Positions 52,091-64,000 of a stretch of 64,000 nucleotides of DNA are shown piece after piece. Origin of the DNA: Mobula hypostoma (taxonomy: Eukaryota). The position numbers and the translations under genes were made by a program. Position 1 is the first letter of the stretch, and the number at the start of each line of letters is the position of its first letter. The notes below the pieces were generated by a model, which did no database searches, was not told where the DNA came from, and saw only the letters and a list, made by a program, of their open reading frames with translations. The stretch is from NCBI RefSeq assembly GCF_963921235.1, contig NC_086117.1, forward strand, positions 17,236,001 through 17,300,000. Direction: 5' to 3'.

Positions 52091-54802
52091 GTGATTAGCT
52101 CAGTTCTGAATAGCTGGGTTGCTGGGCAGAGCGACTCATTGCCCCGGGAGGGCCTGTTCCGGACTGGATCTCTAAATAAATACATAAAATAAAGAAGCTA
52201 ACCTTCAACAAGATCACTAAAATGGTCCTTATCATTGTTTATGGAAGTTTATAGTGTGGAAATTAGGTACTCAGTTTCTCTGCCTTACAATAGAGGCAAC
52301 ACTTTGAAAATATTTTGTTGACTGAATGGTCTCCCTCAAATAAAAGTTTCTTTCAGCAGGCACCATCTCAGTTGCTGTCAGAGGCACTTCATGGGACTCT
52401 GATTAGGGAATAACATTCCTCTATAGTCTATACCCTTAACTAACAGGTTCTGGTCCCACCTCCCATATGTTCCCATTAGCTATGAATTAGAGCAGTGTTT
52501 TATATGGTAATGAATGGCTGAATTGAAACCGCACATCATTAATCAGGGCATGTAATTATCAGTATTGTGTTCTCTTACTTAGGCTTGCCCCTGATTGTGA
52601 AGAGCATCGGCAGAGGCAAGCTGATAAACAATTAATTAGAGTTTACAATTAAAAGCACCAGGAATATTAAAGCTGCTCAAATATGTTACCGGGGAGGTAG
52701 CAGTTGATAGCATCAGCCAGAGATCATTAAACGCTGACCCTTTCAAAACAGGACAGTTTAACAGGGTGGATGGTGGGGGGGGGGCGGTGTTCTGCAGTTG
52801 TAAATTCACAGCTCTGTCCTGCCTCATGGGCTGTTAGGGCATGTCACAAAGATGATACAAAGCTGGGTGATGGTGATGCACGGGGGCGTCAGGGGCTTTG
52901 GGAAGATAAATGAAAGGGCAAGAACGTGGCAGAGAGTGTGAAGTCATCCATGTCAACATAGAATATAAAAAATGTACTAAGAGGTGAGAGACTGAAAGGG
53001 GAGATGTTCGGAAGGATCTGCGTGTCCTGGTACATGAAAATTGCCTTGTTGGTACAGAAACCAAGCAGGCATCCTTGTTCCTGCACTCTGTACAGATCCA
53101 TACATCTGGGTTATGTATAGGTCCTCCCAGGTTACAGCAGAGTTCCATTCATGTTAACTGTTCATAACCTGAACAGTCTGCATGTTGGAAGTGTAACCAC
53201 AAACTTGAGTTCCTGAACTCCAGAAGATAAGACCATAAAACACAGGAACAGTATCAGACCATTCAGCCCATTGAGTCTAATTCGCCATTCAGTCCTGGCT
53301 AATTTATTTTCCTTCTCAACCCCATTCTCCTGTCTTCTCCCTATAATCTTTGATACTTGCTTATCAAGAACCTATCAACTTTAAATCGTTTTAAATGATT
53401 TGGCCTCCACAGACATCTGTGGAAACGAATTCCGGAGATTCACCAGCCTCCTGGTGAATCTCCGTGACCATGATTGTTCTGGGCAAATCTTTCTACAGAA
53501 CTGGTTTGCCATTGCCTTCTTCTGGGCAGTGTCCTTACAAGACTGGTGACCCCAGCCATTTATCAATACTCTTCAGAGATCGTCTGCCTGGCGTCAGTGG
53601 TTGCATAACCAGCTACTCAAATGCACGGGTTCACGTGACCCTGATCAGCGTGGAGTGGGGTGCTAAGCAGGTGCTACACCTTGTCCAAGAGTGACTTTCA
53701 GGGTAGCAGAGGGAAGAAGCGCCTTACATCTCCTTTAATAGAGATGTACGTCCACCCACCACCTTTTGGTGTGGACACAGTGAGCCGAGTTGCCTGCATC
53801 CGTCCTGTTTAACTCTAAACACTCAGCAGGGCAAATGGAACTCAGCTGCTCTCAGCATTGTGGAATGCCCAGTCAAACTTTCTCCATGTTGCTGCTCTCT
53901 TTAAACTATGGGGTTGCTTCTTTTCACTGATCCACATATGTTTTATCTGGACTGATGCCAGGTTCGATCAATCCTGACGCGCAGGCAGCAGTCTGAAAGG
54001 CTTTGAGCATGACGTCACGCAGAGCAATGGATAAAATGTCAGTGCCCATGGCTAATGCCACCCTGCCCCCAAGGCGGGTGTCACCCAGTGACTACAGTGG
54101 TGATGTCTGTATTGTAGCATCTGGCCACACTCTATATAAATGGGAGTAATACACACACTATGTTGGAGGTGCTCACCAAGTCAGGCAGCATCTAAGGCTG
54201 GGAATAAATGGCTGACATTTTGGGCCAAGACTCTTCATCAGGACTGAGATTTCCAGCATCTGCAGTACTGTTTCTGTGTGTGTGTGTATGTGTGTATGGC
54301 ACCTGGAACTTAAGTAATACCAGGCATCATTTTATATATCATTTTATTGTTCAGAAACTATGCTTCTACCATTGGCTCCCCCAAGCTGGCTTTGCACAGC
54401 TGGCTGTTGGCCAAAAGTAAGGCTGCTGGGAAGATTAGTTTTTAGTGAAAAATAGCAGCAATCAGCCCTGACTTGCAACTTTCAACCACATTGCAGCTTT
54501 AATGTAATAAAGTCTCCCAAAGAAGTGTAATCAGGCAAAATCCTGAGCCAAGGGGCAGTGACCAACAGCCTAGGCAAGGAGGTAGCTTTAAGTAGCTTCT
54601 TGAATGAGGAAAGAAAGGTGGAGGCAGAAACGTGTTGAGAGGGAAATTCAAATCCTAGGAAAAAAGCAGAGCAGTTTATCAGAGGGTTGTAGGAAATGGT
54701 TGCATAAGAAGGCAGAGCTGGAGAAATGCTATCTCGGAAAGATGTTTTATGGTCTTATCTTCTGGAGAGATGGAGGAGGCTGCGCTATTAAAGTGGGGTA
54801 AA

Positions 54803-55331
54803 TGATGGAGAAGGACGTGAAAGCACAGAGGAACATCTGGGAAAATTTCTGAAATGCCAGTTCGCTGCTGTTGTTACTGCGTGATCAGGAACCTTTCGGA
54901 GAGAAGGCCTCAAAATCCTCAGCTTTGCCTGCTGTTGGCGACCAAGATGGAGGTCGAATCGTTCGGATAGAGATGGCGCTCAGTACTTGGTGTCGGAGAG
55001 CTGATCAGAGCTCGAAGTTTTCGAATGACTCGGAGTCGGACTGTGGTCGGGCATGGCAGGGAGAGTTTTTCTTCCTTCTCCTGTCTGCGTGAGATGTGGG
55101 ACATTTGAAAGACTTTGAACTTTTTACTGTGCTCATGGACTTCTTCATCAAGTTATGGTATTGTTGCACTGTTGTAACTATATGTTATAATTATGTGATT
55201 TTGTTAGTTTTTTTCAGTCTTGGTCTGTCCTGTGTTTTGTGATATCACACCGGAGGAAATATTGTATCATTTCTTAATGCATGCATTACTAAATGACAAT
55301 AAAAGAGGACTGCGTGTCTTCATAATCTAAA
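54803..55331 (+). mobile_element. Second copy of the CpG-rich non-autonomous retroelement
   Basis: gaggaacatctgg...gactcggagtcggactgtgg...aatgcatgcattactaaatgacaataaaagaggactgcgtgtcttcataatctaaatct. Confidence 0.7.
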
Positions 55332-56257
55332 TCTTAGACCATGGGTTCCCAGCCTTTTCTATGCCATGGACCCCTACCATTAACTGAGGGGTCCATGGAC
55401 CTTGTCTTAGAGGGATTTATACAGGATGACAGTTTTAAAACTGAGCTGAGTGACTTGCTTTCGATCCTATGCTTGGGGCAGCAGGGTAGTGTAGCGGCCA
55501 GCATAACGCCGTTACAGTGCCAATGAGCTGGGTTTATTCCACCACTGTCTGTAAGGAGTTTGTATGTTTTCTCTTTGACCGCGTGGGTTTCCTCCGGGTG
55601 TTCCATCTTCCTCCCACCTCTAAAGACGTTGGGGTCGGTAGGTTAATTGGTCACAAGTGTGTACTTGGCCCAGAAGGTCCTGTTACCATACTGTGTCTCC
55701 AAATAAAGCATAAAACAATTCCAGCACTGAACTAAAATGCAAAAATCTGAAACTACTCAGCAGGACAAGCATCATCCACATTATAAACTTTTATTTTTAT
55801 TTTGTTATTTTTCCTGCCCCTGCAATATTTTGCCTTTGAAGTTTCTTCGTGGATTTGTTTAGTTCTCGGTCGGTTTCCAGCACAGAAGCTCTTGCCGATC
55901 AACTCCCAGTTGTTTTGCAATGAGATTTACGCTGGAGGGTTAGTGTTACCAACCTATTGTATTTTTAAACCATTTTCCCCATCCCATTCTGTTTTGCCTA
56001 TTTGCTCCTGCCCTCTCTAGAAAGTGTCAACTCCAGTTTGAGAGAGATCTGTAGGAAGAGCCCAGAGGGAACGAACTGGGTGGACTGTCTCCTTCCAGTA
56101 ATTATTACTTTGCCTAACTCCATGATGACTTTACAAATGTAGTTTTGGTATGATTTTATGTTCATGATACATGTAAAACTTAAAACGTAAAACGTTACTG
56201 CACAGTGCGGGCTCTTCAGCCCACAGTGTTGTACTGACTTATTAGCCTACACTAAGA

Positions 56258-56660
56258 ACACACTGGAGGAACTCAGCAGGTCGGGCAGCATCCGTGGAAA
56301 CGATCAGTCAGTGTTTCGGGCCGGAACCCTTCGTCAGGACTGTAGAGGGAAGGGGTAGAGGCCCTATAAAGAAGGTGGGGGAGGGTGGGAAGGAAAATGC
56401 TGGTAGGTTCCAGGTGAAAAACCAGTAAGGGGAAAGACAAAGGGGTGGGGGAGGGGAGGCAGGGAGGTGATAGGCAGGAAAGGTGAAGAAAGAATAGGGG
56501 AAAACACAATGGGAGGCCTCTGTCCCTTCCCTTTACAGTCCTGACGAAGGGTTCCGGCCCAAAACGTCGACCGATCTTTTCCGCAGTTGCTGCCTGACCT
56601 GCTGAGTTCCTCTAGTGTGTTGTCAGTGTTGCTTTGACCCCAGCATCTGCAGATTATTTT
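56258..56660. mobile_element. PLE-derived inverted terminal-repeat pair with two degenerate hammerheads (56306-56341 minus; 56537-56572 plus), inserted in a CR1 3' end
   Basis: Both arms read cagtcctgacgaagggttccggccc-(g/a)aaac. The arms are reverse complements, and the CR1 tail (gcctac-ctaaga) resumes after the insert. Confidence 0.7.
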
Positions 56661-59409
56661 GTGTTTGGGAGCCTACTCTAAGATCAGTCTCACCCTTCCC
56701 TCCCACATAGCCTTCCATTTTTCTATCACATTTTGCCTATCTAAGAGTTTATTAAACGTCTGCAATGTTAATGCCTCTGTCACCATACCTGGCAGGGCGT
56801 TCCATGTTCTCACCAATCTCTGTGTAAAAAAACCTTATCTTTGACATCTCCACTATACTTTCCTCTAATCACCTTGAAATTATGCTCCCCGCCCCCCCCC
56901 CCATATTAGCCATTTCCATCCTGGGAAGAAAAGCCTCCTGCTATCCAATCGATCTATGCCTCTCTGAGTCACCTCTCATCCTCCTTCACTACAGAGAGAA
57001 AAGCCCCCTCTCACTGTTGGCTTGCCCTTGTCCCTGTCCTGTTCCTACCTTATTTTGTCTTCCTTTTGTTTAACTGGCCTTTCTACCTCACACCACTTCT
57101 TTCTCTCTCTCTCTCTCTCTTTGTCTTCCTCTCCATGGGTCCTGCAGTTTGAAATTGTACCTTTTACCAGGAACCCTCGGGAATCACAAGGAGCAGAAGA
57201 GCGGAGTATAAATACAAGATTACATCACCCGCGGACCTGCATCTGCACCGGTGCCTGCGTATTTGCAGTCACACAGTAGCAGACACACATTAAATTAACA
57301 CAAAGGAATCAAAAGCAATTTCACACAGGCAAACCCTCCAGGGTCAGCTGGTAAATCAAGAGCAAACAGAGAGTCAGTTTGGAAAAAAGCTATCATCGGG
57401 ATCATGAGTGCTGCTGGAGTGAATTATATGAACATCTTAAACATAAATATAGAACATTACAGCACAAATACAGGGCCTTTGGTCCATGATATCGTGCTGA
57501 CCTTTTAACCTGCTTTAAGATCAATCTAACCTTCCATTTCTCTACCATCCATGTGCCTATCTAAGAGTCTTTTAAATGTCCCTAATTTGTCACCACCCCT
57601 GGCAGGGTGTTCTGTGCACCCACTATCATCTGTGTAAAGAACGTATCTCTGACATCCCCCCTATAGTTTCCTCCAATCACCATAAAATTATGCCCCCCTT
57701 GTATTAGGCATTTCAGCCCTGGGAAAAGGTCCCTGGTTACTCACTTTATCTCTGCCTTTTGTCATCTTGTACACCTCTATCAAATGACCTCCCATCCTTC
57801 GTAACTTTGGCACTTGTATGAATCTCCCGCTAAACCTCAGACATACACGCAGCACTGTCCTCATTTCACCTCCATCTCATGTTCTACACCTCTCATCAGA
57901 ACACAGTTTAATACAGCACACCCATTCTGTGAAACACACGCTTCATCATACCGCCCGATGTACCATGTCTCCACTTACACTGTAGCCTCTGTCCGTAAAG
58001 AGTTTGTATGTTCTCCCCGTGACCGCTTGGGTTACCTCCGGTCTCCTCCCGCGGTCCAAAGACGTACCAGTTGGGAGGTTAGTTGGTCGTTGTAAATTGC
58101 CCTGTGGTTAAGCCAGGGTTAAACTGGGGGTTGCTGGGTGGCGCAGCTCGAAGGGCCAGGAGAGCCTATTCCACGCCATATCTCAATAAATTAACAAACA
58201 AAACAAACAACTAAATAAATATTTAAAAAGCCACGCAAAACTTCTCTTTGTGGTGACAAGCGCAGATGTCATACTACATGGCTAATTCAGATGAGATAAT
58301 TGAACAAATATTGTCCATAAGACACACTCTCTTGTTCCCACAAAAACTATTTCATGATTTAATTTCCCTGACATTGAAGAAAGATAATTTCCAGTGAGAT
58401 GCTCTTTTTTGAGAATGTTCTTTGTTACTTGTGATTACTAGGTTGAACAGTTTTCAGTTTAGAAACAACAGTTTAAACGTGTTACATATACTGGGGAATA
58501 TTCATCTCTCTCTGCCCTTTTGCAGATATAGGAACTATATAAGACCTTCCTATAAATGTTAATAACCCATGGGGTTGTCACCTCCTCCTGTATCTGACTC
58601 TCAAAGAAGTGCTGAGGGACCATTAGTAACATCGACACTCATGTTACATGATTGTGTGAGCTTCCTGTACATTAATTGGGTGCTATGTTTCCTAACTTAC
58701 AGCAGTGTGTACAATGCAAATGTACTCCATTGGCTCTTAAGCATTTAGGGATAACCTCCCATCATTAAAAACAGTAACATTTGAAATTTGACTTGATGTG
58801 TATTGTGTTTAACATCAGAGAATTAAGAATAGTTTTTGGTTTGACAATGTATAATTTGGTAGCTTCAGTCCTATAATTTCAGTTGCATTGGTTTCCAAAA
58901 CAAAAACTGGTAAAATAATGGTTGCCACCCTGAGAAGATACCATAGCATTAGTATCGGAATATAGGTATCTGGAAACCTGAAGCCTTTCCAGCTATGAGG
59001 AATTCTTGAATATCAGAAATGCCTAATATCAGACTAATTTAAAGAACCTCTGTGGGAGTTTTATCTCATTTAGAGAGTACCATGTCCAGTTTAGGCATTT
59101 GACGATCTTGATGTTTATTTGATGTAGAAAATCTAGAATACATGACGTACCCACTTTAGGGAGTCTCTCAATGTTTGTGGTATACAATACCTATCCAGTT
59201 CAGGCAGTCATCTGCAGTGCAGTTTGAAGTAATTGTCCAGGAGCTCTGAGCAGTCAGAAATCTTTGGGACATGTTGGTACAATTTACTGAGTCAAACACA
59301 TGTTCCAATCCAGATTCTGGGATGCGTTGGGGGAAAACAAAACATCAGAGGCAAAAGAGATGCCAGTTATTGATTTTGCTAACATCCATTTTTTTCTGGT
59401 TTCCTCCAG

Positions 59410-59538
59410 TTTTCAAAAGACAAATATATCCTGGATTCCAGCCCCGAGAAGCTGCACAAGGAGTTGGAGGAGGAGCTGAAACTGAGCAGCACAGACCTAC
59501 GGAGTCACGCCTGGTACCATGGGCGTATCCCACGTGAG
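59410..59538 (+). CDS. SH2D3C: SH2D3C internal coding exon (129 nt): pre-SH2 helix and start of the SH2 domain
   Basis: Polypyrimidine tract and ttcctccAG acceptor (59408-59409). Translates to FSKDKYILDSSPEKLHKELEEELKLSSTDLRSHAWYHGRIPRE, then donor GAG|gtaatg. WYHG is the SH2 start. The sequence matches SH2D3C rather than the paralog BCAR3 (recalled as FSKERHIMDRTPEKLKKE...). Confidence 0.95.
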
Positions 59539-59769
59539 GTAATGGAAAAATGGCACTTAACAAGGCTGGGGGGTGGGTGGTTGGTGTTGGGAAAGAGGTT
59601 ATCATCAGCCTTGCATTATATATATTGGAATGAACAGCATACTGGGAACATTTTCCCAAGTGTGCTATATACATTGTAAACTGTACTATTAAAGGGTATG
59701 GCTATGTGTAAATAAGACTCTGGTGTAAAGGTGTTCTAGTTATGTTGTATCTGGAGAAGATTTTTTTTG

Positions 59770-60037
59770 AGATACAGCACGGAAGAGGCTCTTCCAGCTC
59801 TTCGAGCCATGCTGCACAGCAATCCTCCGATTTAATCCTCGCCTAATCACGGGGCAATTTACCATGACCAATTAGTCTACCAACCAGCATGTCTTTGGAC
59901 TGTGGGAGGAAACCAGAGCACCCGGAGCAAACCCACGCATTCACAGGGAGAACGTATCAACCCCTTACAGACGGCGACGGGAATTGAACCCGTGTCGCTG
60001 GTACTGTAAAGTGTTGTGCTACGCTACCGTGCCGCCC
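59770..60037 (-). mobile_element. tRNA-derived V-SINE (HE1/HER1-like); other copies at ~880-1165, 10105-10385, 10750-11045, 22600-22860, 25135-25430, 41475-41600, 50665-50861, 55475-55710, 57985-58200, 62300-62590
   Basis: Shared core ttctcc(c)cgtga...gggtttcctcc...ctccggtttcctcccacagtccaaagac after a gggttcaattccc B-box-like head. Confidence 0.7.
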
Positions 60038-60435
60038 CAAGGTGGAATCATAGTGCTGTTCGTTGGGCACAATGTTCCTCAAATGCTCCAAATAGAAAAT
60101 CCCAAAAGCTCCCTTGATGCTTTGTGTCAATGGCACAATACAAAGTTAGTGTGGAGAAAAACCATCCCCTTCCTTTTGCATCGTTGTTTGGAGAACTGCC
60201 AATCACTGAATGCTCTGGCTCCCTCTATGAAGCAGATATGGTTGCAAGAGTGGATGCCAAAGATAACACCAAAATATAACAGCCAGCAGATATAGTGAAT
60301 TTTTAGATTATAATTAGATTATAACAATCACTGATACATTTTTATCTCTATTTAAAGATTGCTTGGAAGTTTGGCTTGCTCTGAAATGCCTGGCATTTTA
60401 ATTTTGTTTGCTGGCAGCCAAGGGAAATGAGTTCA

Positions 60436-60754
60436 CGAGGGTTGATTGATAAGTTCGTGGCCTAAGGCAGAAAGAGTCAATTTTCGAAAACCTAGCACAT
60501 TTATTTTTCAACATAGTCGCCTCCTACATTTACACACTTAGTCCAGCGGTCGTGGAGCATATGGATCTTGGACCTCCAGAAAGTGTCCATAGAGGGCTGA
60601 TTGATAAGTTTGTGTCCTTAGGCAGAAGGGGCTGAGTTATACAGATCTCGTTACATGCACATGCAGGTCAACTCTTTAAGTGATTATGCAGAGAGTTTGA
60701 AGTTAATAACTCATCTCCTTCTACCTTAGGCCACGAACTTGTCAATCACCCTTG
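60436..60754. mobile_element. Mariner-like MITE with ~37-bp TIRs and an internal third TIR copy
   Basis: CGAGGGTTGATTGATAAGTTCGTGGCCTAAGGCAGAA ... TTCTACCTTAGGCCACGAACTTGTCAATCACCCTTG-TA. Internal copy at ~60592-60627. Confidence 0.8.
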
Positions 60755-62885
60755 TATTTCTCTTGAGTACCAGCAAACAACATTTGAAAGCCTGCCTATT
60801 AAATCCTGGGTATTTATGTGGCATGCTGGTATGCGCAGCAAACTTACAAACTAAAAACTATTTTAATTCTGTCAAAAGGTTTTCAATTTTAATTTATTGA
60901 CGTGAAATCAGTGCAATATTTTACGCTGTTATTAGCTCCAATCTTCTCCAGGATCTCTGCCTGGATTTTCTATCCAGATTGGGTGACTGACGCTCTGCGG
61001 CCAGTCGTCCACAGTATTATCTTGTGTGAGGTTCAGAGCTGAAACTGAGCAATAGGCTTCAGCAAATAATACACAAAAGAGATTCTTTTTGTTCCTCTCT
61101 TTAGCAATATATAATAGCAGAATAGGAAAATATTTTAGGGCCTTTGAAGAAATTTTTGGAAAATGAAGTGACTTCATCAGTGGATCATTTAAAATGAACC
61201 TAATAGTTGTCTTCAGCTGTATTTTGGCCAAACGTAAGAATGGTTAACATGGATATTTCTCTGGCTACTGTTCCACAATAAATTGGTTATTACCTTTCAT
61301 AAAGTCATGGACTGAAGAATGCATGTCATGTGCCTTACGTTCAGACATTTACATTGAAGCCGGTTCCTGTTGTCAAAGCCCGTGGTTCAGTCATTGTTTC
61401 AAGGTGTTTGTGGGAGCACTTGACAAAGAAAACAGACAGTCAGCTGCCAGAAATGAATCTGATTTGAAAGCAAATTGAAATGTCAAGGTGATAGCTCCCC
61501 CATGTATTTCTATGAATAAGAATTGAGTGATCAAGAGATACAGTCACCTACAGTAAAAGCTGAGAAATGGCTACAATATATCTTCTGCTTTTTCCTCTTT
61601 GCAGGAAAAAGACCTGACATTTTTACTGCTATGAACATTATAGACGTAAATATACACCGTAGCACAGTTGGTTGTGCAGCTGACACCCTGATACATAGAC
61701 TGTAGCTTCTCAGTGTCAACCACAGCATGCCATTTATGTCACCACATCTCTTCTTCTGAAGACTTTATGCTTGGCTAGGTGAGGTGAAGAATATTTGGTG
61801 GCCTTTGTTTTCAGGTGTGCTCAGTGACACAACTGGCAGATCAGGCCTCGCAGTCAGAAGCACAGTGAAACGTCGACTGTACCTCTTCCTAGAGATGCTG
61901 CCTGGCCTGCTGCGTTCACCAGCAACTTTTATGTGTGTTGCTCGAATTTCCAGCATCTGCAGAATTCCTGTTGTTTGCATTCCTAGACTGCTTCAAGTAT
62001 TCTGCAGTTTGATCTTCAATATTCTGTTAGTAACTCGTTTTTTTGCCAGTTGAGTGATTTGTTCTTTTTTTTTGCGCGTTGGGTGTTTGATGCTTTCTCT
62101 GAACGGGTTCCATGGTGTTTCTCTGTTTCGTAGCTGTCTGTGGGAAGACAAATCTCAGGGTGGTATACTGCAGACATACCTCGAGAATAAACATACTTTG
62201 ACCTTGAGGAACATACTGTGATTTTATCCAAGCTACAGACCACGAGTGTCAGGGCCAGTGTCAGTATAGTATAGACTTCAGATGGCATGGGACTCCTCAT
62301 TTAAAGATTAAAGATTAGGTTTATTTGTCACATGTACATGGAAGCAGTTAGTGAAATGTATCAAATCAAATTAGTGAGATTGTACTCATGCCAGCCCCAC
62401 ACTCCCGGCATGCTTGCAACTTTCTAATCTTAACCATACGTCTTTGGACTGTGGGAGGAAACCAGAGCTCCTGGACGAAACCCACGTGGTCACGGGGAGA
62501 ACGTACAACCTCCTCGCAGAGAGCGGCAGGAATTGAACCCCAATCTGTGATTGCAGGTGCTGTGAAGCAATGCACTATTCCCGCGCCACTTCAGTAGCTG
62601 AGTGACAAAGAATCCATCTAGGAAACGAATGCTGACGGATTGGCCATCAGCCCATCTGGATATATCACGGCTTGGTACGGCAACTGCTCTGCACATGACT
62701 GTGAGAAACTGTAGAGTGTTGTGGATACAGCTCGGCACATCACCAAAACCAGGCTCCCCTCTATGGACCCTGTCTACTCTCCTTGCTGCTTTGGCAAAGC
62801 ATAATGAAAGACACCACTCACCACGGACAGTCTCCCTTCACCCCCCTCCCATCAGAGAGAAAAGATAAAAGCCTGCAAGTTCGTA

Positions 62886-63445
62886 CAGGTTTCCCCCGCC
62901 ATCCGAAGGTAGAGCGTTCCTATGTAATGGTTAGTAAGCTGGAATGTTGTAAAGTGAAGGAGCAATTACCATTTATTCATATGGGAAAAATTTGTGAGCG
63001 TTCGCAGACCCAAAAGATAACCTACCAAATCATGCTAAATAACACACAAAACCTAAAATAACAGTAACGTATAGTAAAAGCAGGAATGATATGATAAATA
63101 CACAGCCTATATAAAGTAGAAATACTTTTCTACAATCATTGCCGCACTGTCCACCGTAGCGAAAATCTCACGCAAGCGCTCTTGGCAGAAACAGTCTCTC
63201 CAGTAACCTTTAAGCTATGAAGCTGCCAAATTATACCAAATAACACATAAAAATACACAGCCTATATAAAGTAGAAATAATGTATGTACAGTGTAGTATC
63301 ACTTACCAGAATCAGGAAGATAGCGCCGAGCACACTGATGATGGTGTGTTAGGCTGAGCCGTCGGAGGTTGGGGTGGTGCAGTGGTCCCCCACCTCCAGG
63401 CTACGGACCGATACCAATCCGCGAAGCATGCAGTGGTGCAGCGGT
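62886..63445. mobile_element. Probable pogo/Tigger-like DNA transposon end, interrupted by the Rex1 fragment
   Basis: Begins TA-CAGGTTTCCCCCGC, is CpG-retaining, and has an internal ~30-bp direct repeat (aaatacacagcctatataaagtagaaata at ~63096 and ~63251). The partner TIR is not in the window. Confidence 0.45.
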
Positions 63446-63449
63446 AGCC

Positions 63450-64000
63450 GGGACGCACCCAGCACACCTGGACAAGCCAGCGAGCACTGTGAGGGTAATG
63501 TTTTTTGACTTCTCCAGTGCGTTCAACACCATCCGCCCTGCTCTGCTGGGGGAGAAGCTGACAGCGATGCAGGTGGATGCTTCCCTGGTATCATGGATCT
63601 TTGATTACCTGACTGGCAGACCACAGTAGGTGTGCTTGCAACACTGTGTGTCCGACAGAGTGATCAGCAGCACTGGGGCTCCACAGGGGACTGTCTTGTC
63701 TCCCTTTCTCTTCACCATTTAAACCTCACTTACTCCCTTGCTCAGAGTCTTGTCATCTTCATAAGTTTTCGGATGACTCTGCCATAGTTGGATGCATCAG
63801 CAAGGGAGATGAGGCTGAGTATAGGGCTACGGTAGGAAACTTTGTCACATGGTGTGAGCAGAATTATCTGCAGCTCAATGTGTAAAAGACTAAGGAGCTG
63901 GTGGTAGACCTGAGGAGAGCTAAGGTACCAGTGACCCCTGTTTCCATCCAGGGGGTCAGTGTGGAGGATTACAAATACCTGGGGATACGAATTGACAATA
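63450..64000 (+). mobile_element. Rex1/Babar-type RT fragment (same family as 4771-5823), runs off the window end
   Basis: HLDKPASTVRVMFFDFSSAFNTIRP...SWIFDYLTGRPQ*. Near-identical DNA to 5380-5823 (reverse complement), with stops. Confidence 0.9.

Noticed and set aside
59464-59679. 71-aa ORF as a standalone protein
   Set aside because: Only the part up to 59538 is exon; the remainder is read-through into the intron past the GT donor.

Overview
Eukaryotic vertebrate DNA, most likely from a cartilaginous fish (ray- or shark-like, inferred from the repeat repertoire). It is not prokaryotic: there are no operons or CRISPR arrays, and almost all ORFs in the six-frame track are noise or transposon remnants. 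The only host gene I can support is SH2D3C (NSP3/SHEP1/CHAT) on the + strand. It has a CpG-rich promoter and alternative first coding exon (34326-34406, MTDKCSLWSAISAAACCFYRGSFMQVQ), spliced in phase 0 across a ~25 kb intron to an exon at 59410-59538 (FSKDKYILDSSPEKLHKELEEELKLSSTDLRSHAWYHGRIPRE, start of the SH2 domain). The rest is intronic or upstream DNA packed with CR1 LINEs, Rex1/Babar LINEs, RTE-related elements, tRNA/V-SINEs, Tc1/mariner/hAT MITEs and Penelope-like elements (PLEs). The most striking signal is more than a dozen copies of a minimal type-I hammerhead ribozyme motif (AGTC-CTGAnGA-A-stemII-GAAAC-GTC-GACT) carried by PLE terminal repeats. These include an intact copy at 9714-9749, inverted-pair elements, and ~90-bp insertions made of little more than the ribozyme plus its tail. 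Other notable items are DNA-transposon derivatives with an extra internal TIR copy, a minisatellite born from a CR1 coding motif next to the promoter, and a G-quadruplex plus uORF in the putative 5' UTR. Family assignments come from recalled motifs, not database searches.
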